Positions 28,059 to 37,813 of a stretch of 64,000 bases of DNA are shown here, piece by piece. The position numbers were made by a program, and so were the translations under genes. Numbering within the stretch: the first letter of the stretch is position 1; every line of letters begins with the position of its first letter. Under the pieces are notes generated by a model. That model made no database searches and was not told the origin of the DNA. It saw nothing but the letters and a program-made list of their open reading frames with translations. Origin of the DNA: a phage; the sequence record PZ019084.1; one strand, written 5' to 3'.

Positions 28059-28200
28059 TGAAAGCTTTAACTAGCGCTTTATTAACTTCAGCATATTGAG
28101 TAGTAGCCCATTGAACGTCATCTTTCATCATTGTGATTTCTTTAGTAAACATGCTTTCATTCTTAAACCACCCCATAAAAACTACCTTTACCAATTCCAT
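28018..28200 (-). CDS. dmd: Dmd antitoxin (discriminator of mRNA degradation)
   Basis: 60 aa starting MELVKVVFMGWFKNESMFTKEI, matching my recall of T4 Dmd; position next to gene 41. Confidence 0.75.
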   Translation of the reverse strand: MELVKVVFMGWFKNESMFTKEITMMKDDVQWATTQYAEVNKALVKAFIDDKKVCEVDCRG

Positions 28201-28227
28201 AAAAATCTCCTCATTTAACCAACAAGA

Positions 28228-28260
28228 CTACTATACCATAGTCTTGTCAGCTTGTAAACT
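28228..28260 (-). promoter_or_regulatory. T4-type early promoter upstream of dmd
   Basis: minus strand GTTTAC (plus 28254-28259), 18-nt spacer, TATAGT inside inverted repeat caagacta/tagtcttg. Confidence 0.55.
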
Positions 28261-29686
28261 AAAATTTTAATTCATTCGCTAAAGCATCTAACTGAGCTCG
28301 AGCGGATTCGTTTCTTTGATAACGATTCTGCTCAGCCTGAATCTGCTGTGAACCTGCTACTTCGTTCACTTCGGTTGGAGTAGAATCTTGTTCAATTTCT
28401 ACCCATTTCTGATTTCCTTTTTGAACACCCATTAAAAACTTATTCCATTTATTCTTATCACCGTATCGTGATTTGATTTGCTTAATGAGTTGTTGTTCAG
28501 CAGCTGCTAACTCCTCGGTTTCAATGACCGCAAGCATAAAATCGGCTGTTGCTGGAAGACCGGCAGATTCTGCAATATCGCTCATGTTAACATCAGAAGA
28601 ATCCCAAGCTTGCTTACCAACCTGTGCTGCAGTCCAAAGAACAGTTTCAGTTTCAACAGCCAGAGCACGCAATTCTTCTGCGATGGCTTTAACAGTTGTG
28701 TAACTATTTTCTGAGTAAACTCTGATGCGGCAAGATTTACAAATACCCAGATAGTCAACAATAATGATTGTTGGAACAAAATTCTTCTTGAGCTTTAATT
28801 CATTTAAAAGCGACCGAAATGTATTAGCGTCTGCTCCACCAGTAGGATATTGCTTAACGATTAAACGACCGAGAGTAGATTTCTCACGCCATTTTTCCAT
28901 CTTTCCTTTATACTCAGCGTAAGAAATATGCCCATCATCAATGTCATCAAGAGAAACATCAAGCATATTAGCATCAATACGCTTAGCACAGACTTCTTCT
29001 GCCATTTCCATGGAAATGTAAAGAACATTATGTCCGAGCTGCAAATAATCTGCTGCCAATGAACACAGACCTAATGACTTACCAACGTTAACACCAGCCA
29101 TTAAAACGTTCAGTGTTCCAGTTTCAGCTCCGCCTTTAGTAATTTTATTTAGAATTTTGAGTTTAAATGGAACCTTACGAGCTTTATTCATATAAGATAG
29201 CCAACGTGCTTCGTAGTCATCCATCCAATCATGACCAACGTAACTATCAAATGAAATTGATAATGCTTGGCGCATGATGTCAGGAATAGCACCTACATCT
29301 GGCATTTTCTTATTTCGTTTTTCCGGAGGAAGCTCAGCATTGGTTTGAATTTCAATTATTTTAGATGTGGCGTTAAACATCGCCCTTTGCTGAACATATT
29401 TTTCTGTTTCTTTTACTAACCAGCTGTGGTCTTCTGGAGAATCGGTTAGTTTCGAAATAAGTGTTTTTACACCAGAATATTCTGTTTCAGTAAATGAACT
29501 ATTTTCTAACGCAACATTTAACGCATTAATAGATGGAACGCTATGGTACTCATTAACATGAGATTTAATTAATTTGAATGTATTTTTAGCTGGACCACTT
29601 TCAAAATATTCTGAATCCATATATGGCCAAACTTTTGAAAAATAAGCTTGATCAAATATGAGATGAGAAAGAATAATTTCTACCAC
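28259..29686 (-). CDS. 41: replicative DNA helicase (DnaB-like)
   Basis: 475 aa, same length as T4 gp41; Walker A GVNVGKS. Confidence 0.9.
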   Translation of the reverse strand: MVEIILSHLIFDQAYFSKVWPYMDSEYFESGPAKNTFKLIKSHVNEYHSVPSINALNVALENSSFTETEYSGVKTLISKLTDSPEDHSWLVKETEKYVQQRAMFNATSKIIEIQTNAELPPEKRNKKMPDVGAIPDIMRQALSISFDSYVGHDWMDDYEARWLSYMNKARKVPFKLKILNKITKGGAETGTLNVLMAGVNVGKSLGLCSLAADYLQLGHNVLYISMEMAEEVCAKRIDANMLDVSLDDIDDGHISYAEYKGKMEKWREKSTLGRLIVKQYPTGGADANTFRSLLNELKLKKNFVPTIIIVDYLGICKSCRIRVYSENSYTTVKAIAEELRALAVETETVLWTAAQVGKQAWDSSDVNMSDIAESAGLPATADFMLAVIETEELAAAEQQLIKQIKSRYGDKNKWNKFLMGVQKGNQKWVEIEQDSTPTEVNEVAGSQQIQAEQNRYQRNESARAQLDALANELKF

Positions 29687-29695
29687 ACTTACTCC

Positions 29696-30058
29696 TTAAA
29701 AGAATTTAAATTTTTTCTTTGACCTTTTATTAAATGCATCTTGTAGTTGCATTGTAATACATTTTTCTACATGAGGAGCTAACTCAGCTTTTCTTTCTTG
29801 GTCAAGAACAGCAAAGTCCATTACGACTTTTCCATCAACCCAATCTAATTTTGTCACATACACAATGTGTGTAGAACCATCTTCTAGTTTAATGACAATC
29901 TCCTGGATAACATTTTCCATAGCGGATTTAATTATCTTAAGAGACTCATTAAAAAGACGTTCTTTTCTTTCTTCTTCCCCCTCCGAAGAGGGGGATTCAT
30001 CGATAATTTCTAGATCTAAATCTAAATCATCTTTATTCATTAAATTCTTCCATATCAC
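29696..30058 (-). CDS. 40: gp40-like protein (position between 41 and uvsX)
   Basis: 120-aa acidic ORF at the position gene 40 occupies in T4. Confidence 0.5.
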   Translation of the reverse strand: MIWKNLMNKDDLDLDLEIIDESPSSEGEEERKERLFNESLKIIKSAMENVIQEIVIKLEDGSTHIVYVTKLDWVDGKVVMDFAVLDQERKAELAPHVEKCITMQLQDAFNKRSKKKFKFF

Positions 30059-31214
30059 TTAACTGATCTAGGTCAGTTTCTAAATCAGCTGCTGATTTAC
30101 TTTTACTTTCTGGAGATTTAAATTTTTCAACCTTTGAGTTAATCAATTCATCAACTTCAGCTTCAACAATTTCATTACTATCAATAGCACCTAACTGATA
30201 AGCACGTTTAATAGCATCTCGGAATGGCTGATGCTTAAATAAAGGACCCCAGAATGTAGTGCAATTGGTATCTTTTGCGCGCCAAGATTTTTCTTCGCGA
30301 ATCATCTCGCCGGTTTCTTCGTCAAGAAATTCACGAGCATACCAGCCATTTTTAGGTTTTACTACAAATCCTAATTCAAGAGCCATATCTAACAATCCAG
30401 AATAAGGATCGATACCACCGTCAAATTTAACATCAATAAAGAATTTACTTTTTTCTTTAACGGTACGAGATTTTTCTACATTTAGAACAAATTGATACCC
30501 CTGAAGATCAGAACCATCTTTAATCTGGCGCTTGCCGATAATGAATACAGTATCAGCCGAATACATTACGCCTGTACCACCTGTCATCACGGTTTTACTA
30601 AACATTTCAATTGTTTCAATTGTATGGTTAACCGCAACACATGGAATGTTTTTAATACTAAAATAAGGAGTAACAATACGGAATAATGACTTCAGTGATT
30701 TAGCACGAGTCATATCTGCCACAGATTTTTCATTCAAGGCATCTTCCGTTTCTTTCTTAGAAGCCATATTACCAATTGAGTCGATGAATACAATAACTTT
30801 TTCGCCGCGCTCAATAGCTTCAAGCTGATTCACCATATCAATTTTCAGCTGTTCAACTGACTGGATTGGTGTATGAATTACTCGTTCAGGGTCAACTCCC
30901 ATGGATCGCAAATAAGCTGGAGTAATACCAAATTCACTATCATAAAATAGACAAACCGCGTCAGGATATTTGTTCAAATACGCCGCAACCATAGTCAAAG
31001 ACATATTTGATTTAAAGTGTTTAGAAGGACCTGCAAAAATGGTTAAACCAGACTGCATACCACCATCAATCGCACCTGAAATAGCGATATTGAGCATTGG
31101 AATTTTTGTACGGATTACATCCTTTTCATTAAAGAATTTAGATGTAGTCAGTTCAGCAGTCATTTTAGAAGTGGAAGCTTTAATCAAACGGGATTTTAAA
31201 TCTGCAATAGACAT
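30033..31214 (-). CDS. uvsX: UvsX recombinase (RecA-like)
   Basis: 393 aa, RecA fold with P-loop (GPSKHFKS), about the length of T4 UvsX. Confidence 0.9.
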   Translation of the reverse strand: MSIADLKSRLIKASTSKMTAELTTSKFFNEKDVIRTKIPMLNIAISGAIDGGMQSGLTIFAGPSKHFKSNMSLTMVAAYLNKYPDAVCLFYDSEFGITPAYLRSMGVDPERVIHTPIQSVEQLKIDMVNQLEAIERGEKVIVFIDSIGNMASKKETEDALNEKSVADMTRAKSLKSLFRIVTPYFSIKNIPCVAVNHTIETIEMFSKTVMTGGTGVMYSADTVFIIGKRQIKDGSDLQGYQFVLNVEKSRTVKEKSKFFIDVKFDGGIDPYSGLLDMALELGFVVKPKNGWYAREFLDEETGEMIREEKSWRAKDTNCTTFWGPLFKHQPFRDAIKRAYQLGAIDSNEIVEAEVDELINSKVEKFKSPESKSKSAADLETDLDQLSDMEEFNE

Positions 31215-31291
31215 TCATTTTTTCCATAGGCATCATTATATTTTCCTCACTGGTTAAAGATAGGGTAATTATAACACAATAAATTTAGGCA

Positions 31292-32140
31292 TTAATCAAC
31301 TGCTATTGGATGAATAGCATTAAACTTATGAAACGCTTCTGATTTTTCTTTGCGCGAAACACACATACGAAGAACCTTTAATGGCTCGTCTTCTTCACCT
31401 AACGATTTTCTCTTTTCAATATTCGATGTTTTCCAACGAGCTTGCTCTGGAAACTCTCTATTGATTTGCTCAAGAGCTCTATTATGTTTTGAATTACTAC
31501 GAATTGAACTACATCCACCGGGAGCCTGTGCTTTTCCAGATACAACCAGATATTTGAACAAAGCCAAATGCGGATAACCTTGATTAATTAAATTGAGAAA
31601 TGCATACATATCTTCGCATAAATCAATTTTTCCATACCCAATTTGTTCTGTTGTAAGTTTTCCAAGGTCATACCAGGTATTCGTGAATCCATATGAATTT
31701 TCACGATAATTACCCCAAGATGAAGTAATTTTAAAAATTGGTAGACGAGCATGACCATGATAATACCCACAATCCATGGCATCTTCAACGTATTGAATCA
31801 ATTCATAGAACTGTTCACGAGTTAATTGATTAATTTTATCTACGCAGCGACGATCATCTTTCTTTCGCATTGAACTCATACGAATAGTAGTATCATCATC
31901 AATCATCCAGATTCGTTGACCTGCATACATATCAGTAATTGCTTTACGAGTACCAGCAATTCCGTTAACATCATCAGGAATAGTTATAATTTTAGCTCTA
32001 GACCCGTAAGCGTCATAATAAGCTTTTTCTTCGTGTTCACGTACTACAATATGAGGTTCATAATCAGTCGGAAACATGTCAAGGGCAGAAACTGCCCCTA
32101 CGCGTTGATAGCTTGGAATTACGAATTGAATCATTTCCAC
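31292..32140 (-). CDS. putative DNA glycosyltransferase (candidate HMC-glucose-modifying enzyme)
   Basis: 282 aa with GT-A-like acidic motif (IWMIDDDTT); occupies the uvsX-42 slot where T4 has the 351-aa beta-gt. Confidence 0.45.
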   Translation of the reverse strand: MEMIQFVIPSYQRVGAVSALDMFPTDYEPHIVVREHEEKAYYDAYGSRAKIITIPDDVNGIAGTRKAITDMYAGQRIWMIDDDTTIRMSSMRKKDDRRCVDKINQLTREQFYELIQYVEDAMDCGYYHGHARLPIFKITSSWGNYRENSYGFTNTWYDLGKLTTEQIGYGKIDLCEDMYAFLNLINQGYPHLALFKYLVVSGKAQAPGGCSSIRSNSKHNRALEQINREFPEQARWKTSNIEKRKSLGEEDEPLKVLRMCVSRKEKSEAFHKFNAIHPIAVD

Positions 32141-32871
32141 TCACCATTATAATCTTTTTTCGCAATATGAGTTTCGCCAGTTTTCCACCAATGGTCAACC
32201 AAATAAAAATGACGGGAATACACATGAAGGCTCCCGACATTCCATATAATGGAACCTGCTTTATACTGACGAGTTGAATCACCTGCATTCAAATCAGATA
32301 CTAATTTATCTAGTACGTATTTTTGCCATGCATAATCATTACGGAATCCGAAGACCACGTCATTTGAACGCATGCTTACTACTGCATTGACTTTCTTATC
32401 ACGAATCAGGTACTGTACTGTATTCGTACACATGAAATCTGACATACCATCTTTATTGTAGTCAAACTGCATGGATGGACGAGTATAAATCATGATACCA
32501 CGTCGAGAATCAGGATTTTGACCAAGTTCAGCTAAACACATATCATACTGGGCATAGTTATCTTCTGACCAAATAGCCCAACCATAATTCGAGTTAATTT
32601 CGCCTTTAGAAGATGCTACCTGTTGCCAAATCTTCGGTGTTTCACCCGGAATATCTTTAACAAACAAACTTTTAGATTTATACCATTCAAGTTCACGCTG
32701 AATGTATTCATCATTAAGAGCGCCAAAAATAAAAGGTTCATCTGCTACAAATGATGCACCAATAATTTCAATAGTTTTAACCCCGGTTTTATCAATTACG
32801 AAATCTTTTTCCTTTAATGCAAGACCCAAATCAAGACGGATTTCTTCAACTGTCATATAATCGTTAATCAT
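32131..32871 (-). CDS. 42: dCMP hydroxymethylase
   Basis: 246 aa, same length as T4 gp42; thymidylate-synthase-like fold. Confidence 0.9.
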   Translation of the reverse strand: MINDYMTVEEIRLDLGLALKEKDFVIDKTGVKTIEIIGASFVADEPFIFGALNDEYIQRELEWYKSKSLFVKDIPGETPKIWQQVASSKGEINSNYGWAIWSEDNYAQYDMCLAELGQNPDSRRGIMIYTRPSMQFDYNKDGMSDFMCTNTVQYLIRDKKVNAVVSMRSNDVVFGFRNDYAWQKYVLDKLVSDLNAGDSTRQYKAGSIIWNVGSLHVYSRHFYLVDHWWKTGETHIAKKDYNGEWK

Positions 32872-32974
32872 TTAAACCTCAATTGATGCATTCATATTTA
32901 ATTTGTAACAGTAATAAACTCCAACCTATAATAAGTGGCGGAATCATAAGAGGAACTGTTACGCTATAGTATAT

Positions 32975-33005
32975 ACTTATTATAATCATCAAGATTAAAA
33001 GCAAT
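32975..33005 (-). promoter_or_regulatory. possible MotA-dependent middle promoter upstream of gene 42
   Basis: minus strand TTGCTTTT (MotA-box-like) about 12 nt upstream of TATAAT (plus attata 32979-32984). Confidence 0.35.
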
Positions 33006-33024
33006 ACTGCTAAAATTTTGCTTT

Positions 33025-33276
33025 TCATTCCTTCTCTCTGATGATAATTACTTGATTTTGCTGTACAGATTTTTTAGTTTCACCCGCAATTGACCAAATA
33101 AATGTAATAAACCAACCAATGATTGACCAGTTAAACAGTAAAGATGTGAAAAAGATTCCTACTGTCGATTTTGACCCACGCATCAAGGCGATGAACCACG
33201 GAAGCATGTATATAATAATAGCCAACACGCCTGAAACTAAAACCATAAAAATTGAACCTGCTACTAAAGTTTCCAT
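33025..33276 (-). CDS. imm: immunity protein Imm (superinfection exclusion, membrane)
   Basis: 83 aa with two TM helices; same length and position as T4 imm. Confidence 0.8.
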   Translation of the reverse strand: METLVAGSIFMVLVSGVLAIIIYMLPWFIALMRGSKSTVGIFFTSLLFNWSIIGWFITFIWSIAGETKKSVQQNQVIIIREKE

Positions 33277-33283
33277 GTTTTCC

Positions 33284-33664
33284 TCACTTAGTCAAATTTT
33301 TTACGCATGAATTGTAAGAATTTACTACATACTCCATCGGAGCATTTTTACCAGTACGCCATTGGTAATTATTAGCCCAATTAGCCCAAAGTTCAGCACA
33401 GTAGTTTTCAATTTTTTCTTCGCGTGTAATTACATCCGAATTACGATATGCTTGAGCAGATTCGTCTGGACGAATAGCTTCGTCAAAATTCGCCTGCATT
33501 TGTTCTACTGTCTGTTTTGGAGCTTCTTTATAACACTTGACGTTAGGATTATAAAATTTGCTTGAACAGTTTACAATTTTTCCTACATCAGACTGATTTA
33601 CTACTGGTCCTTGAGCTACACAACCAGTAAGACCTAATGCAATAACCAAAATAGCGATTTTCAT
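33284..33664 (-). CDS. secreted protein/lipoprotein (imm.1 position)
   Basis: 126 aa; signal peptide with lipobox LTGC. Confidence 0.6.
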   Translation of the reverse strand: MKIAILVIALGLTGCVAQGPVVNQSDVGKIVNCSSKFYNPNVKCYKEAPKQTVEQMQANFDEAIRPDESAQAYRNSDVITREEKIENYCAELWANWANNYQWRTGKNAPMEYVVNSYNSCVKNLTK

Positions 33665-33676
33665 AACAATTTCCTC

Positions 33677-33928
33677 TTAAAACTTAACAAATAATTTTAA
33701 AGCATCTTCAGTTTTAATTCCTTTTCTTACACCCATAACAGAAATTGGCTGTGACTGAAATTTTCCTTTGCCATTATAAATTTCTAACCCAGTCACCATT
33801 CCATTTTGTTCTATAATACCATAAGTATTACCTTCATTTTCGAATTCTTTAACTTTAAAGAGTTTATTAGCTTTTTCTGCATTAACAACTTTTAAATTTT
33901 GAATAAAATTAGTTTGAATGTTTTTCAT
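33677..33928 (-). CDS. hypothetical protein (~83 aa)
   Basis: start set at ATG 33928 (MKNIQTNFIQ...) after early promoter and SD ggagg; ORF-track form reads through the promoter. Confidence 0.5.
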   Translation of the reverse strand: MKNIQTNFIQNLKVVNAEKANKLFKVKEFENEGNTYGIIEQNGMVTGLEIYNGKGKFQSQPISVMGVRKGIKTEDALKLFVKF

Positions 33929-33954
33929 TTTGTGTTCCTCCGTAGTTGATAGTT

Positions 33955-33987
33955 GTATAGTACCACGGAGGAACAGTCTTGTAAACA
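33955..33987 (-). promoter_or_regulatory. T4-type early promoter (repeated cassette)
   Basis: minus strand GTTTAC (plus 33981-33986), 18-nt spacer, TACTAT (plus 33957-33962). Confidence 0.55.
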
Positions 33988-34069
33988 GTTTTGTGAAAAA
34001 ATTTTTAATGAATTTACAGGACCTAGAATCATCTATTTTTCTTAAGTATAGATTTATATTACTTGTATG

Positions 34070-34090
34070 AAAAAGGGACCCGGAGGTCCC
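34070..34090 (-). terminator. rho-independent terminator downstream of gene 43
   Basis: gggacccggaggtccc hairpin followed on the minus strand by a U-run (plus aaaaa). Confidence 0.55.
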
Positions 34091-34103
34091 TAGATTTATT
34101 CTA

Positions 34104-36800
34104 TCAGCCAAACAGGAAGTCTAACGAAGCTTTTTCTTCATAGTCCATACCCGCCGATTCACACATACCCGCAAGAGGTTTAACAAACGATTTTTGGAAC
34201 AAAGTTGAGTAGTCAATCCAAGACAGTACATCAGAACGAATTTCTTTTGGAAGTTCTGTGCCTGATGGCCAAGCAATGCACTTGTCACCAAATGGATTTC
34301 CTTCACGTAATGGAAGAACCATTACCTTATTTCCATCCAAAATTGGAGCTACACCTAAACCGCTAACAGCTCGACGATAAGTTAGCACACCACGAATATG
34401 GAACGGGCATTTAAATCCTGGCCAACCTTTATCGTCATATTTCGCTATATCGTTCGCAGTTTTTACTTCAGCAATAACTTTATAGTCAAGTTGACGATAT
34501 TCTTTCTCAAAGTTCTTGTAGTATTCTTGGACAGACTCTTCGCCTTCCTGAAGAATACGACGAATACTTTCTTCGAGAGCTTCTTGTACTGCTTTTGGCG
34601 TTGAACTCTGCTGAGTTTCCATACCCATGATTTTTAGATGCGGTTCAGCAAATCGCTTATCTTCCATATCATAAACGTTCAGAGCATAACGTTTTTTCGC
34701 TTTCCAAAATCCACCGACACCCTTTGAACCAAGCGGAGGGCAAGAAATAGCTTCACGGTCCATATGCATCAGATGCTCGCGGTTATTCATATAATCACAT
34801 AACTCACGATATGCAACATCAATCATAGGTTCCATCTTTTTCTTACCAAACTGATTCATGAATTCAACTAAATCATTTTGTTCTTTAAAGCGATCAAGAC
34901 CTACTTTTTCAATTACTTTATCTACACAAACATATACCGAATCAGTATCACCTGCTGCGATGAAATCTTCACCATTAGTTCCACATACTTTATTCAGATA
35001 TTCATTAATTTTGCGAGCAATCCACTGAATACCGACTTGACCGAAAATTGTGATAGCAGTAGCATTTCGCAAATCATAGTAACGGAAATGAATATTACCA
35101 AGAGCACCATAAAGACTGTTAATAAGAATTTTACGGTTCAGCTGATTTGTGTTAGCAAGTGTAGCAGCTTTTTCACATTCTTCAATCAGACTATTAAGAA
35201 CAGATTCAGTGTAATTCGACAATTCGTTTAAGAAATCATCACTGAACTTAACATATCGTTCAACTTCTGGTTTAGTTGGGCAAGACCCTGCACCTTTCAT
35301 AATAATCTTTTTAATAGCTTCGGCATTCATTTCTTCAGCGAACATTTTCTTTTTCCAATCTTTACGCTGGAAAAATACTTTAGCGATTTCCTTTGGAATG
35401 ATACCTTCTTGGTGCTTATCATACATCCATCCATTCGGAGAACAAGAATATTCATCACTTGGCTTAGGAGCTGTTCCTGCGATATATTCATGAATTGGAT
35501 GAACTTTAAACTGCCCGCGAATAGTCTCAGGACTAATGTTAACCTGACGAATAATGCTAGGATACAGAGACGTCAAGTCAAAACTCATAATGTATCGACG
35601 AGCAATCGGTTTAGGTTCAAACACAAATGCACCTGGAAAACTCTGTTTAACGTGCGAACCTTGTTGAGGAATAACCTTATGTTCACTTTTAAGTGAGTTA
35701 AAAATAATAGCATCCCAAGTTTTAATAGGACTCATTACACCAGAAAAAGGCATTTTAGCATAATAAGACATACTTAAAACTAGATCGATAAACCCACGAA
35801 TTTTATCAATTGCTTGAACTGATTCTACGTCAATGATGTTATAACTAATGTATCGTTGATGATTAGTCTCACGAAGTTTATTAATAGGACCATCGTACGG
35901 CAATTTACCTTTTTTGGTTTCATGCTGAGCAACTGATTCCAAAGAGAATGATGGCAAATTAGTAAATGCGAATTTCTTGTACAAATCTAAATAATCAAGA
36001 ATAGATACGCCATCAATCGAATAAATTTCTTTGCTACCGTACATATTTTGAATTAGTTTAGATTTTACTCGACCGATTGGAGAGAAGCGTTTCATACTGC
36101 GTTCACCGAGAACCATTTTAACACGATTCATGATATACGGAACGTCAAATCCCTCAATATTCCAACCGGTAAAAATAGCAGGTCGTTTCTGTTCCCAGAG
36201 ATTAATATATTCCATGAGCATATCACGCTCATTATCAAATGGCATATAAATTACTCGGTCAAGAATTTCTTGAGGAACTTCATCACCACCTTCACAGTCA
36301 AGCTTAGCAGCTAACTTTGCGTCCCATTTTGATACTGAACCGTACATTGAATTCAACAAATCAAAGACGTAAAAACGATCATCAATTGAATCATAATGAG
36401 TGATAGCATCAATTTCATATTCTGCTTTCATTGGGTCAGGAAATTTATCACCAGTAACCTCAATGTCACAGTTAGCTACACGAACAAATTTTCGGTCATA
36501 AACAATTTCTGAACCATATGTATCACTGATATAAGCGAGTTTAAAATCGTTCATACCGAGAGCTTCGAGACCGATGTCTTCCATTCGCTTCATCCAGTCT
36601 CGTGCATCTTTCATTGATGGAAATTTTTGAGGAGCACAGTTTTTACCATAAATGTCTTTGTATTTTGACTCTTCCTTACAATGTCTAAACATAGTCGGAA
36701 GATATTCTACTTCACGAGTACGTTCCTTTCCATTTTCATCAATATAACGCTCAACAATGTTATTTCCGACTGTTTCGATAGAGATATAAAATTCTTTCAT
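34104..36800 (-). CDS. 43: DNA polymerase (family B)
   Basis: 898 aa, same length as T4 gp43; exonuclease and polymerase motifs (DTDS, YGDTDS-like). Confidence 0.9.
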   Translation of the reverse strand: MKEFYISIETVGNNIVERYIDENGKERTREVEYLPTMFRHCKEESKYKDIYGKNCAPQKFPSMKDARDWMKRMEDIGLEALGMNDFKLAYISDTYGSEIVYDRKFVRVANCDIEVTGDKFPDPMKAEYEIDAITHYDSIDDRFYVFDLLNSMYGSVSKWDAKLAAKLDCEGGDEVPQEILDRVIYMPFDNERDMLMEYINLWEQKRPAIFTGWNIEGFDVPYIMNRVKMVLGERSMKRFSPIGRVKSKLIQNMYGSKEIYSIDGVSILDYLDLYKKFAFTNLPSFSLESVAQHETKKGKLPYDGPINKLRETNHQRYISYNIIDVESVQAIDKIRGFIDLVLSMSYYAKMPFSGVMSPIKTWDAIIFNSLKSEHKVIPQQGSHVKQSFPGAFVFEPKPIARRYIMSFDLTSLYPSIIRQVNISPETIRGQFKVHPIHEYIAGTAPKPSDEYSCSPNGWMYDKHQEGIIPKEIAKVFFQRKDWKKKMFAEEMNAEAIKKIIMKGAGSCPTKPEVERYVKFSDDFLNELSNYTESVLNSLIEECEKAATLANTNQLNRKILINSLYGALGNIHFRYYDLRNATAITIFGQVGIQWIARKINEYLNKVCGTNGEDFIAAGDTDSVYVCVDKVIEKVGLDRFKEQNDLVEFMNQFGKKKMEPMIDVAYRELCDYMNNREHLMHMDREAISCPPLGSKGVGGFWKAKKRYALNVYDMEDKRFAEPHLKIMGMETQQSSTPKAVQEALEESIRRILQEGEESVQEYYKNFEKEYRQLDYKVIAEVKTANDIAKYDDKGWPGFKCPFHIRGVLTYRRAVSGLGVAPILDGNKVMVLPLREGNPFGDKCIAWPSGTELPKEIRSDVLSWIDYSTLFQKSFVKPLAGMCESAGMDYEEKASLDFLFG

Positions 36801-36858
36801 AGATATTCCTTAGTTTATAGCCCGAGTTATTAGGCTCTTGATATATTATACTCCAAAT

Positions 36859-36876
36859 AAGGGGCCGAAGCCCCTT
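36859..36876 (-). other. GC hairpin (CGAA loop) between regA stop and gene 43 leader
   Basis: aaggggccgaagcccctt abutting regA stop. Confidence 0.4.
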
Positions 36877-36878
36877 GC

Positions 36879-37247
36879 TTAATTACCAATCGTATATTTA
36901 GGAACGAGTTTCCATTCGTGTTTTTGTTTAAAAGAAATAACTCGGAAGTTATTGGTTAAATCTTTCATAAAAGTTCTTTGACCAGGAACGATTTCAATCA
37001 GTCCCCAATCTTCTAACAGCCACGCAATCGAATCACGGCGAACTTCATCTTCTTCTGTCATTTCAACCTGACGGCCATCCATACGAAGCATTTCTTTAAA
37101 ATGAACGATATAGTATAGTCCTTTTTTCTGAAGAATGTGGCAGGACTGATACAGAACTTTATCTTTATTATTAGCAATTCCCATACGAGTCAAAGTTTCT
37201 TTTACTTTCAGAAAATCTTCAGGTTTTTTAAGAGTAATTTCAATCAT
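36879..37247 (-). CDS. regA: translational repressor RegA
   Basis: 122 aa, same length and position (62-regA-43) as T4 RegA. Confidence 0.8.
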   Translation of the reverse strand: MIEITLKKPEDFLKVKETLTRMGIANNKDKVLYQSCHILQKKGLYYIVHFKEMLRMDGRQVEMTEEDEVRRDSIAWLLEDWGLIEIVPGQRTFMKDLTNNFRVISFKQKHEWKLVPKYTIGN

Positions 37248-37248
37248 T

Positions 37249-37812
37249 TTACCATTCCAATGCTAGTTTTTTGAGTTGTTTCTGTTCTTTTACATTCTTA
37301 GTCACTTCTTTCAAAAAATCATCCGTGACTAAACCTTTTAGTTCTTTTAATACTAAAGGAAGTTTTCCATTTTTAGCAAGAATTGATTTATAGTTAATTG
37401 CATCATTTGTATTAACTTGATACCGCTTAGCAAGTAACTTAATAATCAATACTTCAGTAGAATCTTCGACCAGTTTTGCCCATTTACCATATCTTTTACC
37501 CCGAGGAACAGCAGCCATCAGATAATTAAAATGGGCTTCATCGCTTAAACCTGATCCAATTAAATTCATCGCATATACAGCTGGCATGCATTCAGGAAAT
37601 TGTGATAATGCATTCTCAACCATGTATTTTGAATAATCTTTTTGAGCAATAGAGCATTTAGTTTTATTATTAATAGCTCCAATTATTTCAAAAAATTCAT
37701 TTTCAGCTTTTTCCTTAAAAGAATCAGCAGCAGATTGGACAGCTGTCCAATCTTTTGAATACCAAGCAACTTGATGCTCGTTTAATTGAATATCATCTTC
37801 AAATAAGCTCAT
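37249..37812 (-). CDS. 62: clamp loader small subunit
   Basis: 187 aa, same length and position as T4 gp62. Confidence 0.8.
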   Translation of the reverse strand: MSLFEDDIQLNEHQVAWYSKDWTAVQSAADSFKEKAENEFFEIIGAINNKTKCSIAQKDYSKYMVENALSQFPECMPAVYAMNLIGSGLSDEAHFNYLMAAVPRGKRYGKWAKLVEDSTEVLIIKLLAKRYQVNTNDAINYKSILAKNGKLPLVLKELKGLVTDDFLKEVTKNVKEQKQLKKLALEW

Positions 37813-37813
37813 A

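Noticed and set aside
32079-32288. 69-aa minus ORF spanning the junction of the glycosyltransferase gene and gene 42
   Set aside because: Out-of-frame overlap with two better-supported genes; no independent signals. The same applies to 44204-44425, 31588-31788, 42112-42375, 28582-28779, 23481-23690, 61230-61424 and 34121-34306.
34878-35231. 117-aa plus-strand ORF inside gene 43
   Set aside because: Embedded antisense within DNA polymerase; composition typical of AT-rich antisense frames.
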